From Octopus sinensis (taxonomy: Eukaryota), in NCBI RefSeq assembly GCF_006345805.1, contig NC_043007.1, positions 59,396,001 to 59,460,000 on the forward strand: DNA of 64,000 nucleotides, given 5' to 3'. The position numbers and the translations under genes are program-made. The notes beneath the pieces were generated by a model. It was not told the DNA's origin. It worked only from the letters and a program-made list of their open reading frames with translations, and made no database searches. How positions within the stretch are numbered: position 1 is the first letter of the stretch; every line of letters begins with the position of its first letter. Below are positions 25,431-37,297 of the stretch, piece by piece.

Positions 25431-25980
25431 TGTACAAGAAGATTTTTTTTTAAAGAGGAAAGGCTGTGCACTGAGTCAATCTCACTCACTAAGCAACAGC
25501 AGGCATAATTCGAAAGAAGAACAAGTCAACATCATCGGTAACCACTGAGCCGCAGGTTTTATGTCGGAGTTATCCCAGTTACCTGAGTTACTTCTCCTAG
25601 AAGGATGCCCTAACAAAGGCTAGGAGTCCTTCACTCCAATGGTTTAAACACCGCGATCGGGTATTCAGTCCGATTATTTCTATGTCTCCAGGCATGATAC
25701 AGCTTTAAGACATTTATTGGATGGCCGTTGCCTCTCAAGAGTTCCTCCACCCTTTGACGGGTTTTGTTTTTCATCCCGCAGGGTGTCCAATAAATACTCT
25801 CCTCACCAAGCAAACTTGGTGGGGTTGCCGGTTTAGTCGCCGACGACCCAACCATGCAACAGGTTGTACTGGGTTACCTGTTACCAGTAGCACTCGAAAG
25901 TGACCTGACATACATACATACATACATACATACATACATACATACATACATACATACATACATACGTACGTACGTACGTA

Positions 25981-26340
25981 CAGCTAAAGATCAGCGAAAA
26001 AGAAAATACCTATGCTGAACTATTGAGGAATCTAAAGCTACTCTATAAAGATTACAAGTTCTGGTTTATACCTGTAATTATTGGGGCACTGGGATATGTA
26101 ACACACTGCCTAAATACCAATCTTGAGGTATTAGGCTTCTCAAAACCAGAAAGGAGAAAGCTGATTCGAAGACTACTGATGCAAACCATCACTGGAATTG
26201 TAAAAATCTGTAAATCTTTCCAGAAGTTTATCATTTAATATATATGAACATGGCTAGACATGCATCTATATGCATGAGAATACATACATAAACCAAAACA
26301 TACAAATCTGCACATATACACATACTAACATACATACATA
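25981..26340 (+). mobile_element. 3' end of an RLE-type non-LTR retrotransposon flanked by (TACA)n
   Basis: LKISEKENTYAELLRNLKLLYKDYKFWFIPVIIGALGYVT...TITGIVKICKSFQKFII*; the PVIIGALG motif is typical of the RLE domain. Confidence 0.75.
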
Positions 26341-26400
26341 CATACATACATACATACATACATACATACATACATACATACATACACACACACTCATACA

Positions 26401-26433
<33 letters not shown>

Positions 26434-26783
26434 GTATGCATGCATACGCAAACAGATTTAAAAATTTACATTTTAAATCTATAAAAATGACGTACACTCA
26501 ATGAACAAAGAGCTCATTTTCTCTGTCTGTCTGTATGTCTATTTACCTGTCCGCCCGTATGTCTGTATGTCTGTATTTCTCTTTCATCTACATATATTAG
26601 TAAATATCTCTTAGTGCAAGAGAAAATATTTTCATACAAATTCTAAGAGATTACTCCATAAGATTAAAATATTATGGAGTCACACAGCATTTAGAGATAT
26701 AGTACATGGAATAATATAGACGAAATGGTGATTGAAATTTAATCACGTATGTGTGTGTTCAAACAAATATTTATACTAGTCCC

Positions 26784-26843
<60 letters not shown>

Positions 26844-26846
26844 CTA

Positions 26847-26890
<44 letters not shown>

Positions 26891-27611
26891 TATATGTATG
26901 TAAGGTATATCTGTATGCAATATTATATATATAGACACATATATATACATATACATACATACATACATACATACATACATACATACATACCTACATACAT
27001 ACTACATATATATATATATATATATAGATGAACACACACACACACATAAAACATAATATATATATTTTTTTTTTTTTCTTTTCTTTCTGCCCACCCACGG
27101 TTATCACGGCAGTAGCCACTGACAGCCGAACGATCAACGCACACACGTACACAAAAAATTTTTTCTACCCCTACGCCAACACACACATATATAGAACAGT
27201 ATCACAACACACGTCTCTAAGTAGATTTTTTCTCGCCCCTTATAAAACATCCAATATTCCTTAAATAGTCAGAACTTTATGCTCGGTCACAAAGACATCT
27301 ATACAATACCCCTCACCACATGATGGACCGATGCTGACCCGTTGAATTCTTCAGCCACCGGTTCTCACATACACTGATAAAGTTTCGCCATGGGCTCTTA
27401 GGAGCATAGTTCGATTGTTTTTGCTCAGCTCTGTTCTGCTTTTGTTTTTCCAGCGGATTTCCTTTTTTCTTCCTGAAAGAAAGACACAATATGGTCCCAT
27501 TATTCAATCGGATTTTGGTAATTTGTGCCTTTCGAACACGTGTAGAATGAAAATAAAACGATTTCTGTTCAATCTGCGTTCAGCTCTCCATTTCTTCAAT
27601 TCACCAATATG

Positions 27612-27671
<60 letters not shown>

Positions 27672-28519
27672 CCGCATGCATACACAAGTCTGTCATTAGT
27701 GTTACATCAAATTAATATGATACAAAAACTAAACTAAGTCCATAGCTATTATAAAATATATCAAATACAAAGACTAAATGACAGTGGAAAATAAATCGAA
27801 AATATATATTAAAACAAATATGTAATTTTTATTCTAGACATAGAATTACTTTGTGGCAGCCTCCTGCATATAAAAATGTTCGTAATGTTTTTAGTAGCAG
27901 ATAACTATTTGAAAGTAACAGTTTATACAGCGTAACATGTTGAAATGTCAATTTTCAAGTATTTCCCTTTTTGATTGCAGAATTTTGTATACAATATCCA
28001 TATAGTCTATATTTTGGAATATAGATGAATTTACTGAGGTGATATGTAGATTAATGGAAGTTGAACACGGACGATTAAGAATTAGGAAAAGAGATTTTTA
28101 AGAGGGCAGGGGAAGTTTGACTGGGGTTTATGTGAGCGCTTTTGCATTGGTGTTTACAACACTTTTCTCTGTGTCACTACAAAATCGTTTGAACTAGTAT
28201 GAAGGTTACTTGTTATTTTTGCTGTTGTGTAATCCAGGTAAGCTCTGACTGACTAGGCCACAACCAGCATTCCAGCATTCTTTTCTGGCACATTCAGTAC
28301 TAATTTAGTATATTCATTTATTTTTAAACCTGCTGGACGAACTATGATGAAAATTTGTTTGCTATTTCTTGCTGGTCTAGCGTTGGCTCATAAGAGGTTA
28401 GTTTTGTTAATACGAAGAGGGCACAAATTGTTTGTTAAATAATGAAGATGACAAAAAGGATGTAAAAATATGTGGACAATGATTAAGGTAGGAAGTAGCG
28501 CGGATATATATATGTAGCA

Positions 28520-28700
28520 GGAGTTGTTGAAGGACTGCCGCAAGAATGGGTGGAAAAGCAGATGTTTGCCCATGGGGGTTTGCAGTTGGGGATTTGCAGA
28601 TAACACTCAGAATAAGGCCTACGGAATGAATCCGAGGCATTATAGGAGTGCGCAGAAGGAAAGCCATGAAGAACAATACAAGAGCATGAGAAACATCTGA
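28520..28700 (+). mobile_element. Degenerate HERO/NeSL-like RLE C-terminal fragment
   Basis: QELLKDCRKNGWKSRCLPM.V...GFA and GIIGVRRRKAMKN..RA match the Y.EL..ECR.NGW..RC.P.EVG.RGF..A.KA..A pattern. Confidence 0.6.
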
Positions 28701-28887
28701 AAATCGACGCTGACAGAATTAAATGTTACCCTTCTCTACAACAAATTTGCCAGCTATTGATATGATCCCTGTGATCCTTGATTTCGTAGGTTAATACTTT
28801 GTTTATTCAATCACCTCCTATGTAAATATGTTAAATAAGGGTCAGTATAAACCGATCCAGTGTTTGAATTGTTTTATGAGAATCACG

Positions 28888-29098
28888 TAAAGCCGTGAGT
28901 TGGCAGAACGAACAAAATGCTTAGCAACATTTCGTCCGTTTTTGCGTTCCGAGTTCAAATTCCGCCGAGGTTAACTTTGTCTTTCATCCTTTTGAGGTCG
29001 ATAAATTAAGTACCAGTTATGTACTGCGGATCGATGCAATCGACTTACTCTCTTCTCCAAAATTTCAAGCCTTGTGTCTATCGTAGAAAGGATATTTC
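28888..29098 (+). mobile_element. SINE family A with 11-bp target-site duplication
   Basis: tgagaatcacg at 28877-28887 and 29099-29109 flanks the SINE. Confidence 0.85.
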
Positions 29099-29735
29099 TG
29101 AGAATCACGCGACACTGTTTCCATTTCAACTAATTGTTAGTTATAGAAAGTTTCCCTCAAACGAATACACGTACGCAGATTAGGCGTTGTTTTCATATTC
29201 AACACACGTTTCTTTTCTTTTGTTTGGTTAGCAAGGAAAAAGAAACCTATGAAAAATAACAAAAAGGAAAGAAGGGAGAACAGAAAAATAAAGAAAGAAA
29301 GAGAGAAAAAGGAAAACTTTAACAAGCAGTAATTGTTATAGTCAAATAACAGCTGACACCATTTACTATTAGAAATCGAAAGAGGGCACTATTTCAAAGA
29401 AGTACGCCATTCTACAGCTTTTTTTATTGATTGCTTTTCTCATGTTTTTTTCTAATTTAAAGTCATCCCATTCACATACATATGCATGTTACACATACAC
29501 ACTTGCAAGTACACACATACAAAAACATATATACATCTATAAACACATACACACGCACACACATGTACGAATATTTTTGTGAAAGTGTATGTGTGAGTAT
29601 ATGTGCATGAATTTGTACATTTGTGCGTATTCTATCAATGTGTGTATTTAGGATTTCGATGTATTTTAAAATATATCCAACTCAATATTTGCATGTTGTT
29701 ATTTATAGCCTTATCATCTGTTTCGAGATCAGCTG

Positions 29736-29802
<67 letters not shown>

Positions 29803-29844
29803 ATATATAATAATTATTATATAAATATAGTATATAGTAATCCC

Positions 29845-30042
29845 AACAGAAAGCACAAAAAAACACAACAACGGCGAGGACGTGGAACAAATATAGTATT
29901 ATTGGACGCTCAGGAAAGAAGGAAAGAAGGAGGGTTTAACGTTTCGAGCGGAGCTCTTCGTCGGAAACATAGGAGAAGGAAAGATCCAGAGAAGGGAAGA
30001 CAGAGGAAAAAAAAATCGCTAACGGTACACACGCGGTCACAC
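29845..30042 (-). mobile_element. ~200-bp non-coding element carrying a hammerhead motif (copy 2)
   Basis: Reverse complement colinear with 33651-33840; hammerhead at 29934-29968 with core CCGACGA. Confidence 0.75.
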
Positions 30043-30058
30043 GCCCATATATATATAT

Positions 30059-30117
<59 letters not shown>

Positions 30118-30436
30118 GCGTGGTGTGTGGTAAGGAGCTTACTTCCCAACCTCATGGTTCTGGGTGTTGTCAGCTCCACTGCGTGACACTTTGATCAAGC
30201 GTCTTCTACTATAGCCTCGGACCGACCAGAGCCTTATGTGTGGTTTTGGTAGACAGAAAGAAACCTGTCGTGTACATATATGTGTATATATGTGTGTGCG
30301 TGCGTGCGTGCATGCATGAAATAAGCACTGGAATCAATTCATTCGAATAAAACATTTTTCAGGGCTGTGTCTAAGCATGGCCGCAATCTAATGACTGAAA
30401 CAAGTAAGAGATAAAATATGCATGCATATGTATATG

Positions 30437-30506
<70 letters not shown>

Positions 30507-30957
30507 CACACACACACACACCACATATATATATATATATATATATACCTCGATAGACACACTTATATAAGGATGTATGTGTGTTTGTGTGTGTTTATGT
30601 GCATATGCATCTATATATATATGTGATCGGATATGCTTTATAAGCCCCACTCCCCTCAAAATACCACTTAATAGACGAAACAGCGATTAGTAATTTCATA
30701 TTACGATCATATGATCAAATATAACTTTTAGATTTACGCAAGGAAAGGCTTGCCATCCGTAGGTGTGTCCTTTCGTATATAGGACAGATTCTATAATGGA
30801 GCGGAAGTGGAAGTTTCCACTTGCATGCCAGGAAAGACAAAAAAATTTTTCCTTGGGTGAAAAAATTTTAGTAGGCGGAATCGGCGTAAAAGCTGATCAG
30901 GAGAAACATTTCTATTATTTGATGCTCTACGTTTAATCCATCGTCCGCTTTAATAAC

Positions 30958-31057
<100 letters not shown>

Positions 31058-31064
31058 TATATAT

Positions 31065-31727
31065 ATTAATCAATATCAGGGTAGCAAAAAATTCAAGAGA
31101 AATTTTTTCGCCACCAGCGGTCTAGTGAGAAAGAAAAAATAGTCAACAGACTATATAATGCACATTCAACAATAATATTAAGGAATGGCCTTGATAGGTC
31201 ATTCGACTCACTAAAAAGAGCAGCCAAACTCAAACCGCTAAATAGTAGTAATTCAGAAACCAAAGGAAAATTAAAAACATTTACCCTTATCATCTTTGGA
31301 CTATGCATAGTTTCGACGTACATTTTGGCAAACCAGCTTAATTAAATTAAATTAAATTCAGTTAAATCAATTTACCAAAGAAGCCAGGGGGAATATATAT
31401 TCCACGAGGCAGCAGCATCGATGCCTCGAGAATATATACTCTAAACTTTCAAAATCTACCGTCATCGCGCCAACTTATCAGCAGCAAATATAGACTGCTG
31501 ATTTAATTTCAGAATTAGCCAAAATATCTTTAATTAATCAATATCAGGGTAGCAAAAAGTTCAAGAGAAATTTTTTCGCCACCAGCGGTCTAGTGAGAAA
31601 GAAAAAATAGTCAACAGACTATATAATGTACATTCAACAATAACATTAAGGAATGGCCTTGATAGGTCATTCGACTCACTAAAAAGAGCAGCCAAACTCA
31701 AACCGCTAAATAGTTGTAATTCAGAAA
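31065..31727. repeat. Direct duplication of ~195 bp (period 468 bp)
   Basis: ttaatcaatatcagggtagc...aattcagaaa at 31065-31259 and 31533-31727, with few mismatches. Confidence 0.9.
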
Positions 31728-31832
31728 ATTTCTCTTCAAACTGCATACCAATATCTTTGCTAAATATTCTTACTGTTTTGATCAGAGAATCCAGGTCATT
31801 TTCATCTTTCGTGTACTGTTTGAGGTCATACA
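31728..31832 (-). mobile_element. R4/Dong-like RT fragment (domains 5-6)
   Basis: YDLKQYTKDENDLDSLIKTVRIFSKDIGMQF matches the (MD)DLKLY..E..LDSLI.TVRIFS.DIGM.FG motif. Confidence 0.75.
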
Positions 31833-32099
31833 TATATATATAGCAGGTGATTGGTCCTTCAAACTCATAAGCAGGCCTAGATTTTCTCAGAGTATGTTTG
31901 ACAGAGGGATTAACGCACTGAAGAAAAGCGAGTCTTCCTGAAATATCTCCTGGCCTATTTTCACATTTCCTAATGATTTATTTCCGTAGCTTAGTTTTAC
32001 TTCCCATGATCTCACTACTTTTTCTTAAAACTTGTTAATCTCTCATTGATCTCAAGTGTCCGCATGCACTTCATGATCCATCAGTGTGAAACATTATTG

Positions 32100-32900
32100 T
32101 AGGCTTACAATAATGTAATATGCTACCCCTCACCGCCGCCCCACATGTACACACAATCGCCAAGTGTGAAAATTTCCCCGGTCATTGCAGCTTAACAAAG
32201 CAACCAATTCTTACGGACCCTCAAACAGTGTGCTCCCAACCTAGTTTGCATCCGTCATCAAAAAACAAAAAATCCCCTTTCAATGGGGAACCTATCTCAA
32301 ATTATAAAGCAAACAAACGTAACTCTTCTCAACAAAAGTGCAATCACTCTGTACCGACTGATCACTACCACTTCCATTATTCCAAACGACAAGCTCCTTT
32401 TTTACCTTCAGTCTTTCACGTTCTTTAGCGACCATCTATAGGGCCTAATCTAGTAGAAATCTGCTTTCATATATCTCGCACTTCTGATCTATCATCATTG
32501 AGAATTTCATCAAATGCAGTGTTGTTTTATCTTCATTATCAGCCAAACTTCACACCAGGCTTGGACAACTTTTTCCTTTAAGAGAAGAAGGCCGCATGAG
32601 GCATGGCCCATAGCTCATCATCATACTGGCCACATTATTAAAAATATTCAAGGCAATTTTTCGCTAGGCCTATCGTTCAGAAAGTCCCGCAGGCCACAGT
32701 TTGCTGACAACTCTTTTACACCATCTCTATTCGGAGAACTTCCTTGTCAAAACGACCACCAGGGATATATATCCGTTTTTCAACTCTTCAATCGACAGTT
32801 TTCAGATATTTTTATCCCAGCTTGCATCGACGAGGCCCACTCTTTTATTTCCCCATTCTACTAATTTCACACTACCTCAATAAATAGACATTCCAAAATC
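32100..32900 (-). mobile_element. Probable degenerate L1/Tx1-like ORF2 3' end
   Basis: Weak remnants of the C-terminal CP..DNE.TTLH motif and W-MTRCK..EGP.ELVAFVK; heavily frameshifted. Confidence 0.35.
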
Positions 32901-33650
32901 ATTTTCTGAAATAGAAATGAAATGCAAGTATCTTATCTCCCCATCATACACAAGAATTTCGTTCCTGAAAAGTTTACTATAACGTGGGCTCCTTATTTTC
33001 TCAATTTCTGAAGCCAAACGGTAAAATAGTTTAGTGTTTCTGAATTCTACATTATGGTAATATTTTCAGGAACACAACACTTTTGTAACGTAGGGGATAC
33101 TTAGAATTTCGAAATAATGTTGTGACTCGGTTTGTTCTGAAGTTATCATGCACATCATAACGTAAATCGGAACAACTAAAATAAATTTCAACATAACAAA
33201 GCCTTACAATTGATTAAATAACAATTTAAACACGTTTTTTCCGTGCTATGGATGTGCAGAAAAAGAGTCTCCTTAAGGGTCATTTGCGATTTGTTGATCG
33301 CTCCTCGGAGAAGACATACCTGACTTCCTTTCCTAATCCATAGCATAGGTTCAGCTGATATATATAAAGAATTTACAAATTAGGCAAGCTCAGTGATGGA
33401 TAGTCAAATTTGTATATTTATGCTTCTGAAAGCTCATCGTTAATTAAACAATATTTATTTTAGGCGTAGGAATGGCTGTCTGGTAAGTAGCTTGCTTACG
33501 AACCACATGGTTCCGGGTTCAGTCTCACTGCGGGGCACCTTGGGTAAGTATCTTCTACTATAGCCTCGGGCCGACCAAAGCCTTGTGAGTAGATTTGGTA
33601 GACGGAAACTGAAAGAAGCCCGTCGTATGTATGTATGTATATATATATAT

Positions 33651-33840
33651 GACCGCGTGTGTACCGTTGGCGATTTTTTTTCCTCCGTCTTCCCTTCTTT
33701 GGATCTTTCCTTTTCCTATGTTTCTGACGAAGAGCTCCGCTCGAAACGTTAAACCCCACTTCTTTCCTTCTTTCTTGAGCGTCCAATAATACTATACTTG
33801 TTCCACGTCCTCGCGTTGTGTTTTCATGTTTGGATTAACT
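33651..33840 (+). mobile_element. ~190-bp non-coding element carrying a hammerhead motif (copy 1)
   Basis: Bounded by (TA)n on both sides; no ORF; homologous to 29845-30042 and partly to 17230-17400. Confidence 0.75.
33720..33754 (+). ncRNA. Minimal type I hammerhead ribozyme (intact core)
   Basis: GUUU-CUGACGA-A-GAGC(UCC)GCUC-GAAA-CGU-U-AAAC; stems I and II pair perfectly; stem III is the palindrome ACGU. Confidence 0.75.
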
Positions 33841-33889
33841 ATATATATATATATATGTATGTATGTATGTATGTGTGTGTATATGTTTG

Positions 33890-34070
33890 TGTGTCTGTGT
33901 TTGTTTCCCCGACATCGATGCTGGTGTGTAACTTAGCGGTTCGGCAAAAGAGGCCGATACAATAAGTACTAGGCTTCCAAAGAATAAGTCCTGGGGTCGA
34001 TTTGCTCGACGAAAGGCGGTGCTCCAGCATGGCCACAGTCAAATGACTGAAACAAAAGAGAGTAAAACAA
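33890..34070 (+). mobile_element. SINE-like family C (3' body of an abundant element)
   Basis: ttagcggttcggcaaaagag..gatagaataagtac..ggtcgat..ggcggtgctccagcatggcc..tgactgaaacaa. Other copies: 42505-43015, 43030-43240, 48492-48700, 48757-48960 (-). Confidence 0.75.
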
Positions 34071-34971
34071 TGTAAGTCAGAAGAACTGTGTGTGAAATAA
34101 GAATATAAACAGATTCTTTCTTTACTGTCGATGCGCAAAAGTAAAAAAATAAAATAAAAAAGGAGAGAGTCTCCCGACGGACCGTTTCCCGGTTTGTTTA
34201 TCCTATGGAATAAATGGTTTTATGTGCTGTTACGCCATTCGTCAAACCCAATCAATTCTGTTCGAGGGTACTTAATAATGACAACCAAGATATTCGATCA
34301 AGCTTTCTAAATTTAGTCTCTCTGTTTCTATACGATTTCTTGGATAGTTTCACTGTTACATTAAAGGTAATCAAGCAACTAAGTGAAACCTTTGCCAATC
34401 ACCGTATTTTGTTGGGGGCACGGACTAACGGAACGCAAGCGAAGAAGATTAACCGGCTCACCGTAGAACGTCTACATAGTCTCTCTCTACTGCTGAAAAT
34501 CACAGCCAAATTTCCCCTCCCCTAGAAGAACACATAAAAAATGTAAACCGAGATAACACCATAGATCAAATGAAGATTCAATACACACTTAGGTAGGGTG
34601 TATACTTTATGACAATGAAAAGTTTCTATGGTGGGTTCGGAGCTCTCCGTAGGGCTTCTCGCTATGAAAATGAAAGGCGGAATAGTCACAGCAGGAACGT
34701 TTTTGATCATAAATCTGGGCTGAGACGGGGCTAAACAACAACAACAAAAGCAGCAACAGACAATTTGTGTTCAATTCAATGTGGCCGTTAGTTAAAATGG
34801 AACGTCCTGTTTAGTGCTATCGACAAACGGTGTTTCATTGTGGGAAAATCTATTTCCATAATTTCCTTCTTGTAAGGAGTGCATTGTTGAATTTCGTTTT
34901 ATGTTTTGTTTGAATTTGTTTAATCTGATAAACTCTTGATGAAATCACTGTAGTACATATGCGAACAAACT

Positions 34972-35016
<45 letters not shown>

Positions 35017-35188
35017 ACACACACACACACACACACCACACACACACCTCAAAAATAAATTGACACCCCACATTATATGGGTTTATCTGCGTGGACAGTA
35101 TTTGGTGCTTCAAATTTATTATCAACTGTTTAGGTTGGCGAGCTGGAAGAATCGTTAGCACGTCGGGCAAAACGCTTAACGGCATTTC

Positions 35189-35718
35189 GTTGTGCGTATG
35201 GTGGGACTGGAAAGGGATTATCCATTACGAATTGCTTGAACGGAACCAAACAGTCAACGCGGAACTCTATGTTCAATAGATGGAACGACTCAAAATGGCT
35301 ATTCAAGAGAAAAGACCTAATCAGCAGTATGGAGTTCTTCTGCTGTACGACAGCGCCCTCCCGCGTATCGCCAATATGACCAAGGAAGCCATTCAAAAGC
35401 ATGGCTGGTAAGTGCTGCCACACCCGCCGTACTCTCCTGATTTGGCACCAACGGATTTTCACCTCTTTCGATCTCTTTCAAATGCTTTGCGCAGAGTTTC
35501 GCTCAATACTGTGGATGCGAAGAGCTTGGTTGGATAAATTTTTCGAGTCGAAATCGGGTGATTTCTACCAACGAGGTATTGAAAATCTTGTTGAACGTTG
35601 GGAAGAAGTTGTAAACAACAAGGGTGAATACATTATTGATTAATTAGTTGTTATTTTTTCATTAAACCTTTTAAAAAATTTAAATAAAAAAATGGCGGTA
35701 ACTTAGTTGCCAACCTAA
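35189..35718 (+). mobile_element. 3' half of a mariner (same family as 43834-45115), fused behind a SINE head
   Basis: LCVWWDWKGIIHYELL..PHPPYSPDLAPTDFHLFRSL..GEYIID*, TIR aacttagttgccaacctaa-TA. Confidence 0.9.
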
Positions 35719-35723
35719 TATAT

Positions 35724-36060
35724 ATATATAAAATTAGAAAAAAACCCACCTTTTATCAATTCAAAATGAACAATTAACACGATCCAGAAAATTACATATA
35801 TTAGAAATATTAAAATATTAAAATTAAAATAACAATAACATGTCAATGATTAAGTAAATTGCAAAAAATAATAAAAACATATATAATTGTTATTCCACCA
35901 ATTATATACGTTTTTATTATTTTTTTGCAATTTACTTAATCATTGACATTTTAGTGTTATTTTTTAAAAATATTTCTAATATATGTAATTTTCTGGATGG
36001 TGTAATTTAATTGTTCATTTTGAATTGATAAAAGGTGTTTTTTTTCTAATTTTTTATATA
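35724..36060. repeat. AT-rich foldback palindrome (~165-bp arms)
   Basis: Left arm (aattagaaaaaaacccaccttttatcaattcaaaatgaacaatt...) is mirrored by the right arm; short central loop near 35887-35899. Confidence 0.9.
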
Positions 36061-36142
36061 TATTATATTGTGTGAAATTTGATTTAGTATTTCTAAATTG
36101 AATTTTTTCCCTGTAAGTTTGGATTTATATTCCCTCAAATAA

Positions 36143-36222
<80 letters not shown>

Positions 36223-36532
36223 GATATATATTTCAGATAAAGACACTAAATAAGAATGAAAATAAAAAAAAACAATATGCTGAAGTGAAGAGCAAGTATA
36301 TGGTGCGTGTAGAGAATTGGCAAAAAGAAAAAAAAAAATGACCATCCCTAAATATAACAATATCTGTTTCAACATACAATTTCACATTACGTATCTTGCA
36401 AAACAAATGTATGTGTGTGTGTACGCACACACTAAAACGCATATACTCACTCACAAATACACACAAAAACACACACGCATGTCCATTTGTGTATATGTGT
36501 GCTCACGTGAATGTGCATGCTTGTGCGTGTGT

Positions 36533-36576
<44 letters not shown>

Positions 36577-36918
36577 ATATATATATATATATATATATAT
36601 AATTGATTTGCTTTTCGTAGGAAGGAAGTTTTCTTCGAAGTATACGTCTCGCTTTTATCCTTCGAAACGTTTAGTAGATGAAACCTTAGCGACTGAAGAA
36701 GGGGATTTTTCGTTGTGCTTATTGTCCTGTATCTCTTTTTTTTGCTTGTCTTGTTCCTTGGTTTGTGTCTATGTTTTTCGTCTCTCTATGTGTTCGACGT
36801 CTTTTTGGTGTCCTGTACACATATATGCGTGTATATGTACATGTAGAGGTAGGTACGTACATATATGTTTATATATATGCATATGTTCTATTTATTAACA
36901 TATATATATATATATATA

Positions 36919-36953
<35 letters not shown>

Positions 36954-37232
36954 GCATGTACAGAGGGATGGGTAGACGTAATGGGCAGATAGACATTTGA
37001 ATAGTCATACTTATCCATACATCACGCGCGACATAACTTCGTTGATTGGTGAAACAATCTACGAAGTTGTCCTATCTCATTTGACCATAATCAGCACCGG
37101 AAAGATCATATGAACACTTTCCTGGACACTTGGAAATTACTTACGTCATATATCATAACAGACGAGTTTCCAAACGGAAATCTCCTACTTAAAATATCTT
37201 TAAATATTTTCGAATTGACCAAAATATATCTG

Positions 37233-37297
<65 letters not shown>

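Noticed and set aside
37030-37075. 16-bp hairpin (aacttcgt.gattg / caatc.acgaagtt)
   Set aside because: Short isolated stem in an AT-rich genome full of inverted repeats; no supporting context.
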